Notes under the pieces: model-generated
Told to the model about the DNA's origin: nothing
Databases searched by the model: none
Seen by the model: only the letters and a program-made list of their open reading frames with translations
Translations under genes and position numbers: made by a program
Shown: piece by piece, positions 16,903 through 25,911 of the stretch
Position numbering within the stretch: the stretch's first letter is position 1
Layout of the letters: each line of letters begins with the position of its first letter
DNA from: Nitrospira sp.
Lineage (GTDB): Bacteria; Nitrospirota; Nitrospiria; Nitrospirales; Nitrospiraceae
Reading direction: 5' to 3'
DNA length: 32,000 nt
Assembly: GCA_030123625.1 (NCBI GenBank)
Contig: CP126121.1
Span: 814,179 to 846,178, forward strand

Positions 16903-18890
16903 GCCACTTTTCGCCTAGCGGTTCGTGTCGACGCGGGTACGGCCGGCTCTTGCCGACGCCATGCAATTCGATACCGGCGATCGCTGACAGCCAGTACGCC
17001 GCCCAGCGCCATGATGAAACACCCACCCCAAATCCAGTCTACAAACGGCTTGTGATAGAGCCGTACACTCCACGCGCCATCGTTCAACGGTTCCCCCAAC
17101 GACACATAGAGATCGCGTAACAACCCGGGATCGATCGCGGCTTCCGTCATGACCTGATTCTGAACGGTATAGCGCCGCTTTTCAGGATACAACACCGTCG
17201 TTTCGCGACCGTTACGACTCACGGAGAAGGTCCCACGGGCAGCCGTATAATTCGGCCCAACGACATCCTGCGCACCGTCGAATCGGAACGTATAGTCGCC
17301 GATGGTCGCCGTTTCCCCCACGTTCATCCGCACATCTTTTTCAGTTTCAAAGCCCTTCACCATCGTCACCCCGACGATAAAGATCGCAATACCGCAGTGC
17401 GCCACGAGCATTCCCCAGTAAGATCTGGGTACCGCCGCCAGTCGACTCACAAGGCTGTTCCCGCTGACATGAGTCAACCGTTCACGCAATGTCACAATCG
17501 CGGTCGTCACGATCCAAATTGCCAGGAGCAGCCCCAGGCTCAACAGCGGCGTCCAATTCCCCATGACGACCGGTAAGGCCAGGGCCGTGACAAGACTGAC
17601 TCCGAACGCCCACTGTAATCGTTTCGTCAAATCGGGCAAACTCGCTTTCTTCCATTGGGCCAATGGACCGATTCCCATTAAAAAGATCGCCGGCGCCATT
17701 AACGGGACAAAGACGGAATCAAAATACGGAGGCCCGACAGAAATTTTCCCGAGATCCAACGCATCCAAAAACAATGGGTACAATGTGCCCAGCAACACTG
17801 AGCCCATCGCGGCAACCAGTAACACGTTGTTCGCCAGCAACATCCCTTCGCGCGAGATCATCGCAAATCCGCCGCCGAGTCCCACTCGTGGCGCCCGCCA
17901 GGCATACAAGGCAAGCGACCCTCCGATGACGACGGCCAAGAAGGCCAGAATGAACAGACCACGTTTTGGATCGGTGGCAAAGGCATGCACGGAGGTCAAC
18001 ACACCGGAACGGACAAGAAATGTCCCAAGGAGACTCAACGAGAACGCCATGATGGCAAGCAGGACGGTCCACACTTTGAACCCTCCCCGTTTGTCGGTCA
18101 CGGCCAGTGAATGAATCAACGCCGTTCCGGCCAACCATGGCATGAATGAGGCATTCTCGACCGGGTCCCAAAACCACCATCCACCCCATCCTAATTCGTA
18201 ATAGGCCCAGCCGCTTCCCATTGCAATGCCGACGGTCAAAAAGCACCAGGCGACGGTCGTCCATGGGCGAGACCAGCGGGCCCACGCGGCATCAAGATTC
18301 CCTCCCAGCAATGCGGCGATCGCGAACGCGAAGGCAACCGAAAATCCGACATAGCCCATATAAAGCATCGGCGGATGGATCACCATACCTGGGTCTTGCA
18401 AGAGCGGATTGAGATCGCGCCCGTCAAGAGCGGCAGGAATCAGCCGTTCGAACGGATTCGACACGGTCAGCATGAACAGAAGAAATCCGACACTCACAAG
18501 CCCCATCACTCCGAGAATACGAGAGCGGGTGGCTTCGGGGAGGTGAGCGGAAAAAAGCGTCACCGCGAACATCCACACGGTCAGAATAAAGGTCCATAAG
18601 AGCAGCGACCCTTCGTGCGCGCCCCAAATCGCGGCCAGTCGATAATGCAAAGGGAGCTGGGAATTCGACGTGGCGGCGACATACAGCACAGAGAAATCTT
18701 TCGCGGCAAACGCATAGCCAAGGCAACAAAACGCCGTGAGGACTAAGAGAAATTGCCCTCGCGCCGCGGGCTTGGCAACGGCCATCAGCGCCGAGTTCCC
18801 GACGGCAGCACCGTAGATAGGGAGAATGCCCTGCACCACGGCGACGCACAGTGCAAGAATCAACGCAAAATGACCGATCTCCGGAATCAT
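16899..18890 (-). CDS. ccmF: Cytochrome c heme lyase subunit CcmF
   Basis: 663-aa polytopic protein with a W-rich segment ([20 protein letters not shown]) and the position between ccmE and ccmG. Confidence 0.95.
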   Translation of the reverse strand: MIPEIGHFALILALCVAVVQGILPIYGAAVGNSALMAVAKPAARGQFLLVLTAFCCLGYAFAAKDFSVLYVAATSNSQLPLHYRLAAIWGAHEGSLLLWTFILTVWMFAVTLFSAHLPEATRSRILGVMGLVSVGFLLFMLTVSNPFERLIPAALDGRDLNPLLQDPGMVIHPPMLYMGYVGFSVAFAFAIAALLGGNLDAAWARWSRPWTTVAWCFLTVGIAMGSGWAYYELGWGGWWFWDPVENASFMPWLAGTALIHSLAVTDKRGGFKVWTVLLAIMAFSLSLLGTFLVRSGVLTSVHAFATDPKRGLFILAFLAVVIGGSLALYAWRAPRVGLGGGFAMISREGMLLANNVLLVAAMGSVLLGTLYPLFLDALDLGKISVGPPYFDSVFVPLMAPAIFLMGIGPLAQWKKASLPDLTKRLQWAFGVSLVTALALPVVMGNWTPLLSLGLLLAIWIVTTAIVTLRERLTHVSGNSLVSRLAAVPRSYWGMLVAHCGIAIFIVGVTMVKGFETEKDVRMNVGETATIGDYTFRFDGAQDVVGPNYTAARGTFSVSRNGRETTVLYPEKRRYTVQNQVMTEAAIDPGLLRDLYVSLGEPLNDGAWSVRLYHKPFVDWIWGGCFIMALGGVLAVSDRRYRIAWRRQEPAVPASTRTARRKVA

Positions 18891-19378
18891 AGCGAGCCTT
18901 CCCTACCTTGCCTACCTTGAGGGACAACGAGAGATTTACTTTGCTGAGCACCGGACGCCTTGGCTTTTGCCAATGCCTCGGCCGCTTCAGGCGGCATGTA
19001 ATTTTCATCATGTTTGGCCAAGACTTCGCTGGCGACAAACGTGCCGTCGGCGTTGAGTTTTCCTTGTGCCACGGCACCCTTCCCTTCCTTAAAGAGGTCC
19101 GGCAGAATCCCCTTATAGGTCACCGGCACGCGCTTCGCCGTATCAGTGACGATGAAACGGACCGTCAGGCCGTCGTTCTCGCGGACGAGACTCCCATCCT
19201 CAACCATCCCGCCGATCCGGAAACTGCGTCCTTGCGGCACCTCACCGCTCACCACTTGAGTGGGGGTAAAGAAGAACACGAGATTGCTCTGAAAGGCGTT
19301 CAGGATCAGCACCGTCGCCACACCCAAGACGAGCAATCCCAAGCCGATAAAGGCAAAGCGTTTATGCCGTGGTTTCAT
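18887..19378 (-). CDS. ccmE: Heme chaperone CcmE
   Basis: N-terminal anchor, OB-fold sequence, and the heme-binding His context [13 protein letters not shown]. Confidence 0.93.
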   Translation of the reverse strand: MKPRHKRFAFIGLGLLVLGVATVLILNAFQSNLVFFFTPTQVVSGEVPQGRSFRIGGMVEDGSLVRENDGLTVRFIVTDTAKRVPVTYKGILPDLFKEGKGAVAQGKLNADGTFVASEVLAKHDENYMPPEAAEALAKAKASGAQQSKSLVVPQGRQGREGSL

Positions 19379-19547
19379 CGGTGCCTCCTAACAACGCGAC
19401 GCGCTGTTCGGCGCGCGCCGCAGCCCGTCGACGCCACAAGGCCAACACTTCCCATACCATGCACAACGCCGTGGCCGCAAATGAGGTCCATACATAAAGC
19501 CCATACCCTCCCATCGCAAAGAATTCCGATGCGCTTCCCCACTGCAT
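19362..19547 (-). CDS. ccmD: Heme exporter protein CcmD
   Basis: 61-aa single-TM protein between ccmC and ccmE. Its start overlaps the ccmC stop (TGATG) and its 3' end overlaps ccmE by 17 nt. Confidence 0.8.
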   Translation of the reverse strand: MQWGSASEFFAMGGYGLYVWTSFAATALCMVWEVLALWRRRAAARAEQRVALLGGTDETTA

Positions 19548-20311
19548 CAGCGAGCCTCCACTGCTTCCTGAATGACGGCCGGCTTCTCATCATTCCATAC
19601 CGGCAACGATTCCCGTTCAATCATGACACAGCGTACTCTGGCGAGGATGACCGCAATGCTGTAGAGCCAGAAAGCCACCGTCATCAGCAACATGGCGGTG
19701 AGCATGGTCGATGCCATTTTCGAGCCGGTCGCCATGCTGACCGACGCGCCCTGATGCAAGGTATTCCACCACTGCACGGAAAAATAGATAATCGGGACGT
19801 TGACCACCCCAACGAGAGCAAACACGGCACTCGCCCGGTCCGCGCGGCGCACATCATCGATCGAAGTCCGCAACAGCATGACGCCGGCGTACTGAAACAA
19901 TAAGATGAGTTCCGATGTCAATCTCGCATCCCAGACCCACCAGGCTCCCCATGTGGGCTTCCCCCACATCGCTCCTGTCAACAATGCCAAGAACGTGAAC
20001 ATCGCTCCGGTGGGAGCAATCGCTTGCGCCATCATGAAGGAAAGGCGCGCATTGAGCCCCATCCCGATGCCGGCCCACACGGCCATGACGACATAGAGGA
20101 ACATCGACATCCAGGCCGCCGGAACATGGACGAAGATAATTCGGTAGGCTTCACCCTGCTGAAAGTCGGTCGGGGCGACGAAGAACCCTATATAGAGTCC
20201 CACCCCCATGAGCACGACCGCTGCACAAGCGAACCATGGAATGAGGCGTCCCGCGAGAGGATAAAAGGCTTGGGGAGACGAATACTTCAGCCAGTTGATG
20301 CCCGTGCTCAT
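19547..20311 (-). CDS. ccmC: Heme exporter protein CcmC
   Basis: 254-aa membrane protein with the WWD motif (WGKPTWGAWWVWDARLTSELIL). Confidence 0.94.
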   Translation of the reverse strand: MSTGINWLKYSSPQAFYPLAGRLIPWFACAAVVLMGVGLYIGFFVAPTDFQQGEAYRIIFVHVPAAWMSMFLYVVMAVWAGIGMGLNARLSFMMAQAIAPTGAMFTFLALLTGAMWGKPTWGAWWVWDARLTSELILLFQYAGVMLLRTSIDDVRRADRASAVFALVGVVNVPIIYFSVQWWNTLHQGASVSMATGSKMASTMLTAMLLMTVAFWLYSIAVILARVRCVMIERESLPVWNDEKPAVIQEAVEAR

Positions 20312-20320
20312 GAAACGATG

Positions 20321-21004
20321 TCACTCCAACGCGATTCGCAACGCTGCCGCGGTAGCCCAAGGTGCCAGAAAGAGAGAGAGTACCAGACAAGCCCCGAGTA
20401 GCGACAGATTTGCTTCACCGCCGATCCCGGCCATACTGCTGGTGACGGCGCCGGCTCCAAATATCAATACTGGAACGTAAAGTGGAAGCACCAGGAGGGC
20501 GACCAGTAGACCACTCCCGCGCACGCCAAGTACTAAAGCGGCGCCGATCGCACCAATCATACTCAACGTCGGCGTCCCAAGCAAGAGCGACATGACCAGC
20601 ACTCCCAATGATTCCCCGCTTAAACCGAATTGGAGGCCGAGCAGCGGCGAGAGCAGCACGACGGGAAATCCGGAGATCATCCAATGGGCGAGAACTTTCC
20701 CCACTACCAACAAGGCAAGGGGTTGAGGAATCAAGGCCATCTGCTCAAGGGCACCGTCCAGATAGTCCGCGGTAAACACTCGGCTCAGGGACAGCAAACA
20801 GGCCAAGAGAGCCGCGACCCACAACACGCCGGGTCCGATGGTTCGTAGCACCGCCGGCTCCGGTCCTACACCGAGAGGGAAGAGACTGACCACGATCACC
20901 AGAAAGAAGACCGACATCGCGGCATCTGAACGGCGCCGCATTGCCAGCAACAGATCACGCCGGATGATTCCGCTGACGGCTTCCCACATGCTGGAGTCGC
21001 TCAT
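20321..21004 (-). CDS. ccmB: Heme exporter permease CcmB
   Basis: 227-aa six-TM permease between ccmA and ccmC, with a 4-nt overlap with ccmA. Confidence 0.9.
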   Translation of the reverse strand: MSDSSMWEAVSGIIRRDLLLAMRRRSDAAMSVFFLVIVVSLFPLGVGPEPAVLRTIGPGVLWVAALLACLLSLSRVFTADYLDGALEQMALIPQPLALLVVGKVLAHWMISGFPVVLLSPLLGLQFGLSGESLGVLVMSLLLGTPTLSMIGAIGAALVLGVRGSGLLVALLVLPLYVPVLIFGAGAVTSSMAGIGGEANLSLLGACLVLSLFLAPWATAAALRIALE

Positions 21005-21621
21005 CCCATCAGCCTTAGACGTTGGACAACTTCCGTGGGAAGCGCAACTTCCTGATGGGTCACAACAACTGCCAGCCCCCCGCGCTGCAGATGCATAAGC
21101 AACCGCTGCGTCACGACACTGATCGCAGCCGTGTCGAGCGAGGTAAACGGCTCATCGAGCAACCATAAAGGACGAGTGGAGAGCCACAGCCTTGCCAGGG
21201 CAACTCGGCGCTTTTGTCCTTGCGAGAGCACCTTGGACGGCAAATGATGAATGGGCCGCTTCAGCCCGATCCCCTCCAAAGCCTCCTTTGCCCCATTATT
21301 GGAGCAGGATTCTCCGGCAAGCGACATCGCGCTCATCAGATTTTCCAGCGGCGTGAGATCGTCCTTAATCCCATTGAGATGCCCGATATACGTCAGTTGA
21401 CCCGAATAGAGCTCCTTGAGTTGCTGGATATCTTGTCCCTCCCACAGAACCGAACCCTGGTCAGGGGACAACAAACTGGAAAAGATACGGAGCAGACTAG
21501 TCTTTCCGCTGCCGTTTTCACCCACCACAGCCAGCAGCGACCCCCGCTCGACCTTCACATTGAGGTCGGTGAACAATCGTCGTTCACCGCGACTACAATG
21601 CAACGAAACAGCTTCCAACAT
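21001..21621 (-). CDS. ccmA: Heme exporter ATPase CcmA
   Basis: Walker A (GENGSGKTS), an LSQGQKRR signature-like segment and Walker B (LWLLDEPFTSLD). The ATG at 21621 (MLEAVSL..., GGAG 7 nt upstream) is preferred over the GTG at 21633 in the ORF track. Confidence 0.92.
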   Translation of the reverse strand: MLEAVSLHCSRGERRLFTDLNVKVERGSLLAVVGENGSGKTSLLRIFSSLLSPDQGSVLWEGQDIQQLKELYSGQLTYIGHLNGIKDDLTPLENLMSAMSLAGESCSNNGAKEALEGIGLKRPIHHLPSKVLSQGQKRRVALARLWLSTRPLWLLDEPFTSLDTAAISVVTQRLLMHLQRGGLAVVVTHQEVALPTEVVQRLRLMG

Positions 21622-21844
21622 AAGAAACTCCACGCCGATGCGCGACGAGAGTAAGGGAACAGAGCGTGGAAAAACAAGGGGAGAAAAGGGGGATGTCGAG
21701 TGGCAAGTGAGTGGACTCTCACAGCCATCTTGCTCTGAGGACGATCCTACTGGTAATTAGTGCCTGTACGGCGAAATTGGTCATCCATCACCTGGGAAAT
21801 ATCGATATACGTAGCATTGTACGTAGCCTCGAAGGAGATGAATC

Positions 21845-22396
21845 ATGAGCGAACTTGTCTGCATTGCCTTTAAGGACTCCGGTACAGCCGATCGAGTACT
21901 GAACGAACTACGGGCGATGGAAAAGGAGTATGTCCTCGACCTGGAAGATGCAGTCATCGTCGTCCGTGACATGGATGGTAAGGTCCACCTGAAGCAGTGC
22001 GTCGACGTGTTCGGCGGTGCCACCAAGCATGGCGTGGCGCTGGGTGTGTTATGGGGAGGGCTCATGGGACTGCTTTTTATGAATCCCCTGGCCGGTCTCC
22101 TGGGAAGCATTGCCGGCGGTGCAGGAGCCGGAGCCATGACCACTGCCGCCAATGAGTATGGGCTCTTGAGCGACTATGGGATCCCCGATCAATTCATCAA
22201 GGATTTGGGCAGTACGATCACGGGGGGCACCTCGGCGATCTTCTTGCTGATTCGGAGCGCTGACCAGGATAAGCTACTGGCCGGCTTCTCACGATACGAG
22301 GGAACCATTCTCAAGACCTCGCTCAGCAAAGAGCAGGAAGAGAAGCTGCGGGCCGCCCTCACGCATGAACACAAACAAAAGATAAGCAAGAGCTAG
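21845..22396 (+). CDS. DUF1269-family membrane protein (glycine-zipper)
   Basis: N-terminal MSELVCIAFKD...ADRVLNELRAMEKEYVLDLEDAVIVVRDMDGKVHLKQ plus a Gly-rich membrane segment, matching my memory of DUF1269. AGGAG SD. Confidence 0.7.
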   Translation: MSELVCIAFKDSGTADRVLNELRAMEKEYVLDLEDAVIVVRDMDGKVHLKQCVDVFGGATKHGVALGVLWGGLMGLLFMNPLAGLLGSIAGGAGAGAMTTAANEYGLLSDYGIPDQFIKDLGSTITGGTSAIFLLIRSADQDKLLAGFSRYEGTILKTSLSKEQEEKLRAALTHEHKQKISKS

Positions 22397-22405
22397 CGTT
22401 GCCTC

Positions 22406-22454
22406 CCAGAAATACGTTTGCCGTGAGCTTGCCGAAGGGCAAACGTATTTCTGG
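22406..22454. terminator. 17-bp perfect hairpin between convergent genes (candidate bidirectional terminator)
   Basis: CCAGAAATACGTTTGCC (22406-22422) pairs with GGCAAACGTATTTCTGG (22438-22454), with a 15-nt loop. Confidence 0.5.
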
Positions 22455-22476
22455 CAATGTCTTTCTGGATACAATA

Positions 22477-23085
22477 TTAGGTCTCTCCTTTCTGCTTCCC
22501 ATCCAACAAACAACTGATGTTCATATCACCCATGACGTTGATCGCGGTGCGGCAGCGATCGAGGAACCAATCCACAGTCAGCAAGACGGGGATGTATTGC
22601 ACGGGCAAGCCGACTGCCGTAAAGACCATGGTCATCGTCACCAATCCCGCTTCAGGAATGCCGGCGGCGCCGACGGACGCGATGATGCTCGTGAGCACCA
22701 CCATCACTTGCTGCTGACCGGACAGATCCATCCCGATCATCTGAGCAATAAATAAGGCCGCCATCGCCTCGTAGAGCGCAGTACCGTCGTTGTTGAAATT
22801 CGCGCCGACCAGCGCTCCCATGCCGGCGGACTGTTCGCGCAATCCCACCCGATCTTTGAGCACGGCATACGTCACAGGCATGGTCGCCGTCGAGCTGGAC
22901 GTCGAAAAGGCCATGACCAGTGCATCGCGTCCGCCGCGAATCAACTCACCGGGACGTACCCAGGAACCAAAGCGGATGCGGATGAGGTAGTACGCCGCGT
23001 TTCCGCGGACTGTCTCTAGATGGAAAGGACTAGGTGAGTCAACCGTGAGAGAGGGATCAAGACTTCCGGAACAGTCTCTACCCAC
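22477..23085 (-). pseudogene. 5'-truncated dicarboxylate/amino acid:cation symporter (DAACS/GltP-like), C-terminal half only
   Basis: Residues ...AFSTSSSTATMPVT...GANFNNDGTALYEAMAALFIAQ...ASVGAAGIPEAGLVTM...DRCRTAINVMGD match the C-terminal half of GltP-type carriers. The N-terminal ~200 aa are absent and the upstream part of the ORF is unrelated sequence. Confidence 0.75.
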
Positions 23086-23120
23086 GAATGGACCAAAGCA
23101 AGACAGCGCACGTTATGCAT

Positions 23121-23432
23121 TTACACGCGTGACTGACCTTTAGGCGCAGTCAGCACAATCCGCTGGAGTTGAGGCACTAGTGGTCGGAGGTCTTTCAAGC
23201 GATTCGTCGAAGCCTGGAGGACAATCACGGCAATGCTGAACTGGGAAAGGTGCTGTTGGAAGGATAGATTTCGGTCAACTGTCACGAAAACGTCGAACTG
23301 TTCCTGTGCGCGCCTGAGCAACTCTCCATTTTGGATTCCGGCCCACCCAGCCTGGGGAACCGTGACCACCTCATGGCCTTCGATGTCCTTAGCCAATCGC
23401 CGATCGATACATTCGTCGAGAAGGATCTTCAC
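23121..23432 (-). CDS. DUF5615 (PIN-like) putative toxin
   Basis: 103 aa starting MKILLDECI... with ...FVTVDRNL..., typical of DUF5615 partners of DUF433. 4-nt overlap with the upstream DUF433 gene. Confidence 0.7.
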   Translation of the reverse strand: MKILLDECIDRRLAKDIEGHEVVTVPQAGWAGIQNGELLRRAQEQFDVFVTVDRNLSFQQHLSQFSIAVIVLQASTNRLKDLRPLVPQLQRIVLTAPKGQSRV

Positions 23433-23650
23433 GAAGCGACGGGAAGCATCCGAGCTTTGGCTTCCTCAAGAAAAGCGATTACTTGCTCACGCGTGACCGT
23501 GGGAAATCCATCAAGGAACTCGTCGATAGTCTGTCCCCCTTCCAAATATTCGATGAGGGTTTCCACAGGCACTCTCGTTCCACGAAAGACCGGCGTTCCG
23601 CCGAGTATGTCGGGTGTGGAGGTAATGAGAGGTTGCTTCGTGGCCGCCAT
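23429..23650 (-). CDS. DUF433 putative antitoxin
   Basis: 73 aa containing ...ITSTPDILGGTPVFRGTRVPVETLIEYLEGGQTIDEFLDGFP.VTREQV, the classic DUF433 pattern. Confidence 0.75.
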   Translation of the reverse strand: MAATKQPLITSTPDILGGTPVFRGTRVPVETLIEYLEGGQTIDEFLDGFPTVTREQVIAFLEEAKARMLPVAS

Positions 23651-23859
23651 AACAAGTCCTCAACAAGTCCTCGGGAAGGACTGAATTCTATGCCAGCAGG
23701 CGGGAGATTGCAATTCCAAGCCATTGCACAACCATGCCAGCCACCAGAGCAGTGATCACACATCATACGCGCAGTCGGCTCGTCAATATTAGGCTGTAAG
23801 GTTGATCTCATACTCGTACTGAACCCTACCTCGACTGGCACTCTCGTGATCCTAACATG

Positions 23860-24348
23860 TCACAGACGTCTGGGCACAGACGCTCCTGAATGCAGGGTAT
23901 CCTGTTTCAATTGGCCGACGAGGTAGAGCACAATCACGAGATTCAGCAGCAACATACCGATGCGAACCATCGACACCCGGTCGATCACCTCATAGAGTTC
24001 GAACGGGAGCAGCAGACTCGTCGAGATCACCGTCAGATACGCAGCCCAAGATCGCTCCAGCCACAACCCGACTCCTTCCAGCAACAACATCCCCGCATAG
24101 CCCAAACTGACAAGCGCGGCCACGAGGACGCTGTGCGGTTGCAAGGCATCCACTTTCAGCACCAGCGCATGAATGATCCGAGAATCGGCATTCAAATGGA
24201 GCGCTTCGATCAAACGGGAAAACAGCGTCGCAATGTCGGCATGCATCAATTTCAGCAAGCCAAGCCCGACAAGAAGCAAGAGCACGCCCTTCATGAGCTT
24301 GAACACCGCAATCGCGGCGAGGCCGGTTTGGTGAGAGCGCATCGTCAT
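23860..24348 (-). CDS. DUF2127-family membrane protein (full length)
   Basis: 162 aa with four TM segments. The N-terminus ...GLAAIAVFKLMKGVLLLLVGLGLLKL... matches my memory of DUF2127. Confidence 0.65.
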   Translation of the reverse strand: MTMRSHQTGLAAIAVFKLMKGVLLLLVGLGLLKLMHADIATLFSRLIEALHLNADSRIIHALVLKVDALQPHSVLVAALVSLGYAGMLLLEGVGLWLERSWAAYLTVISTSLLLPFELYEVIDRVSMVRIGMLLLNLVIVLYLVGQLKQDTLHSGASVPRRL

Positions 24349-24420
24349 CGAGTGAAGAGACTATCACACAGGACCAGGAGGCATGCATGGACAGGACTTT
24401 CAGATTACGGAGCTTGACCG
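24133..24420. repeat. Direct repeat copy 1 (5' part and upstream region of the DUF2127 gene)
   Basis: Aligns with 25040-25330. The 144-bp core 24187-24330 is identical to 25094-25237, and the edges diverge progressively. Confidence 0.9.
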
Positions 24421-24557
24421 GTTTTTGAATTATAAGTTTCGCTCAATAGACAGAAAATACTCCGACTTTCAGGGCGATTCGTTGAGCACACATGCATCTA
24501 AATCTACGATGGCGCACCGGCTCCTCAAGATTGAGGTTGCAGGTCTCATCTCCTTGC

Positions 24558-24770
24558 TTAAAGGTCTTCAGGGGCAAGTCCGGTCCTTTTCGACAGGCGA
24601 GCAAGCATCTTGGGGCCAATTTCTTCGCGATCGTGAAACGCAAACACAACGTCAGGCCAGCTGTCCCGCGCCAGTATCCGGTGAGAGCCGGTTGTTCGTT
24701 TGATTATCCAGCCGATGCGAAGAAGAGCGGAAAGAACACGAGGAGCGCGGGTGGAAGCCCACCGGCTCAT
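24558..24770 (-). CDS. hicA: HicA-family toxin (mRNA interferase)
   Basis: 70 aa containing ...LLRIGWIIKRTTGSHRILAR....VVFAFHDREEIGPKMLARLSKRTGL, i.e. the HicA GSH motif and layout. It overlaps hicB by 4 nt. Confidence 0.8.
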   Translation of the reverse strand: MSRWASTRAPRVLSALLRIGWIIKRTTGSHRILARDSWPDVVFAFHDREEIGPKMLARLSKRTGLAPEDL

Positions 24771-24988
24771 GCAGCAATGAAGGACACGTTCAGGAACTCG
24801 TCAGGAAGGGCTTCCCCATGTTCAAGGCGATCCGCTATCACACGAAGCGCTAAGGCCTGCACCGCAGCGAGAGCTTCCGCCCGAGTCTGACCATACGCCA
24901 TCACCCCAGGCAAGGTTGGCACCTCACCGATCCAGCGGCCATCATCTTCCTGCTCAAACTCGATAGTAAACTGACCGGGCTTTTCCAC
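24767..24988 (-). CDS. hicB: HicB-family antitoxin
   Basis: 73 aa containing FTIEFEQEDDGRWIGEVPTLPGVMAYGQTRAEALAAVQALA..., a HicB/UPF0150-type N-terminal domain. It lies upstream of hicA (hicBA order). Confidence 0.8.
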   Translation of the reverse strand: MEKPGQFTIEFEQEDDGRWIGEVPTLPGVMAYGQTRAEALAAVQALALRVIADRLEHGEALPDEFLNVSFIAA

Positions 24989-25009
24989 ACCCCACCTCTG
25001 ACCGATAGG

Positions 25010-25255
25010 CTATGCCCGCCTCAGCCAAAATGCAAGATCATGTGGTTGCAAGGCATTCACTTTCAGCACCAGCGCATGAATGATTTGAAACTTGGCATTC
25101 AAATGGAGCGCTTCGATCAAACGGGAAAACAGCGTCGCAATGTCGGCATGCATCAATTTCAGCAAGCCAAGCCCGACAAGAAGCAAGAGCACGCCCTTCA
25201 TGAGCTTGAACACCGCAATCGCGGCGAGGCCGGTTTGATGATGGCGCGTCGTCAT
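25010..25255 (-). pseudogene. 3'-truncated duplicate of the DUF2127 gene
   Basis: The first ~70 aa are near-identical to 23860-24348, after which the ORF runs into unrelated sequence (…QPHDLAFWLRRA*). Confidence 0.85.
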
Positions 25256-25330
25256 CGAGTGAAGAGACTATCACACAGGACCAGGGGCGGATGCGGTGGA
25301 TGGGGCCTTCCGATTAAGGAGCCTGTTCCG
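25040..25330. repeat. Direct repeat copy 2 (truncated DUF2127 5' part and upstream region)
   Basis: See copy 1. Together the two copies bracket the hicBA cassette. Confidence 0.9.
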
Positions 25331-25494
25331 TCTTCGCGGCCTGAGTCGCGTTCACGCGATCCGGAGTTCGCGTTAACATTGTTCATGTCCTGAGCAACCG
25401 ACCTTCAGAAGACCTTTTGACCATTCGGCGGACACAAAACAGATACAGGATTTCAATCTTGAAAGAGGTCTACTGAACTAGAGTCTGTTGACAT

Positions 25495-25911
25495 TCATTT
25501 CATCCAGAGCACGGACGCAACAAGATAGATGAGACTCGCGAAGTTGCGGACCCGTTTGGCGTACCGGGTGGCGACCGCGCGATAGTGCTTGAGCTTGTTA
25601 AAGAAGCACTCGATGCGATAGCGTTCAGCATACCGGGCGAAAGCCGTCTCGCGCAGCTCTTTGACGCAGGAGCGCGGCGGAATCACGGCTTTTGCACCGG
25701 AACGTTCAATCGCCTCCACGATCGCGTGACTGTCGTACCCCTTGTCGGCTATCACATATGGCGCAGGCCATTCTGCCAACAACGGCTCCGCCTGCGTATA
25801 GTCGGATACCTGCCCCGGTGTCAGGATAAAGCGCAGCGGATTGCCCAGGCCATCGACGGCGGTGTGGATTTTGGTGGTTAGCCCACCTTTCGACCGGTCA
25901 AGGGCTTCGTC
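25495..25911 (-). CDS. IS5-family transposase, C-terminal ORF (orfB, +1 frame relative to orfA)
   Basis: The frame is open from 25911 and encodes DEALDRSKGGLTTKIHTAVDGLGNPLRFILTPGQVSDY...ADKGYDS...RYRIECFFNKLKHYRAVATRY (DDE region). There is no start codon of its own until 25782. Confidence 0.8.
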   Translation of the reverse strand, partial: DEALDRSKGGLTTKIHTAVDGLGNPLRFILTPGQVSDYTQAEPLLAEWPAPYVIADKGYDSHAIVEAIERSGAKAVIPPRSCVKELRETAFARYAERYRIECFFNKLKHYRAVATRYAKRVRNFASLIYLVASVLWMK

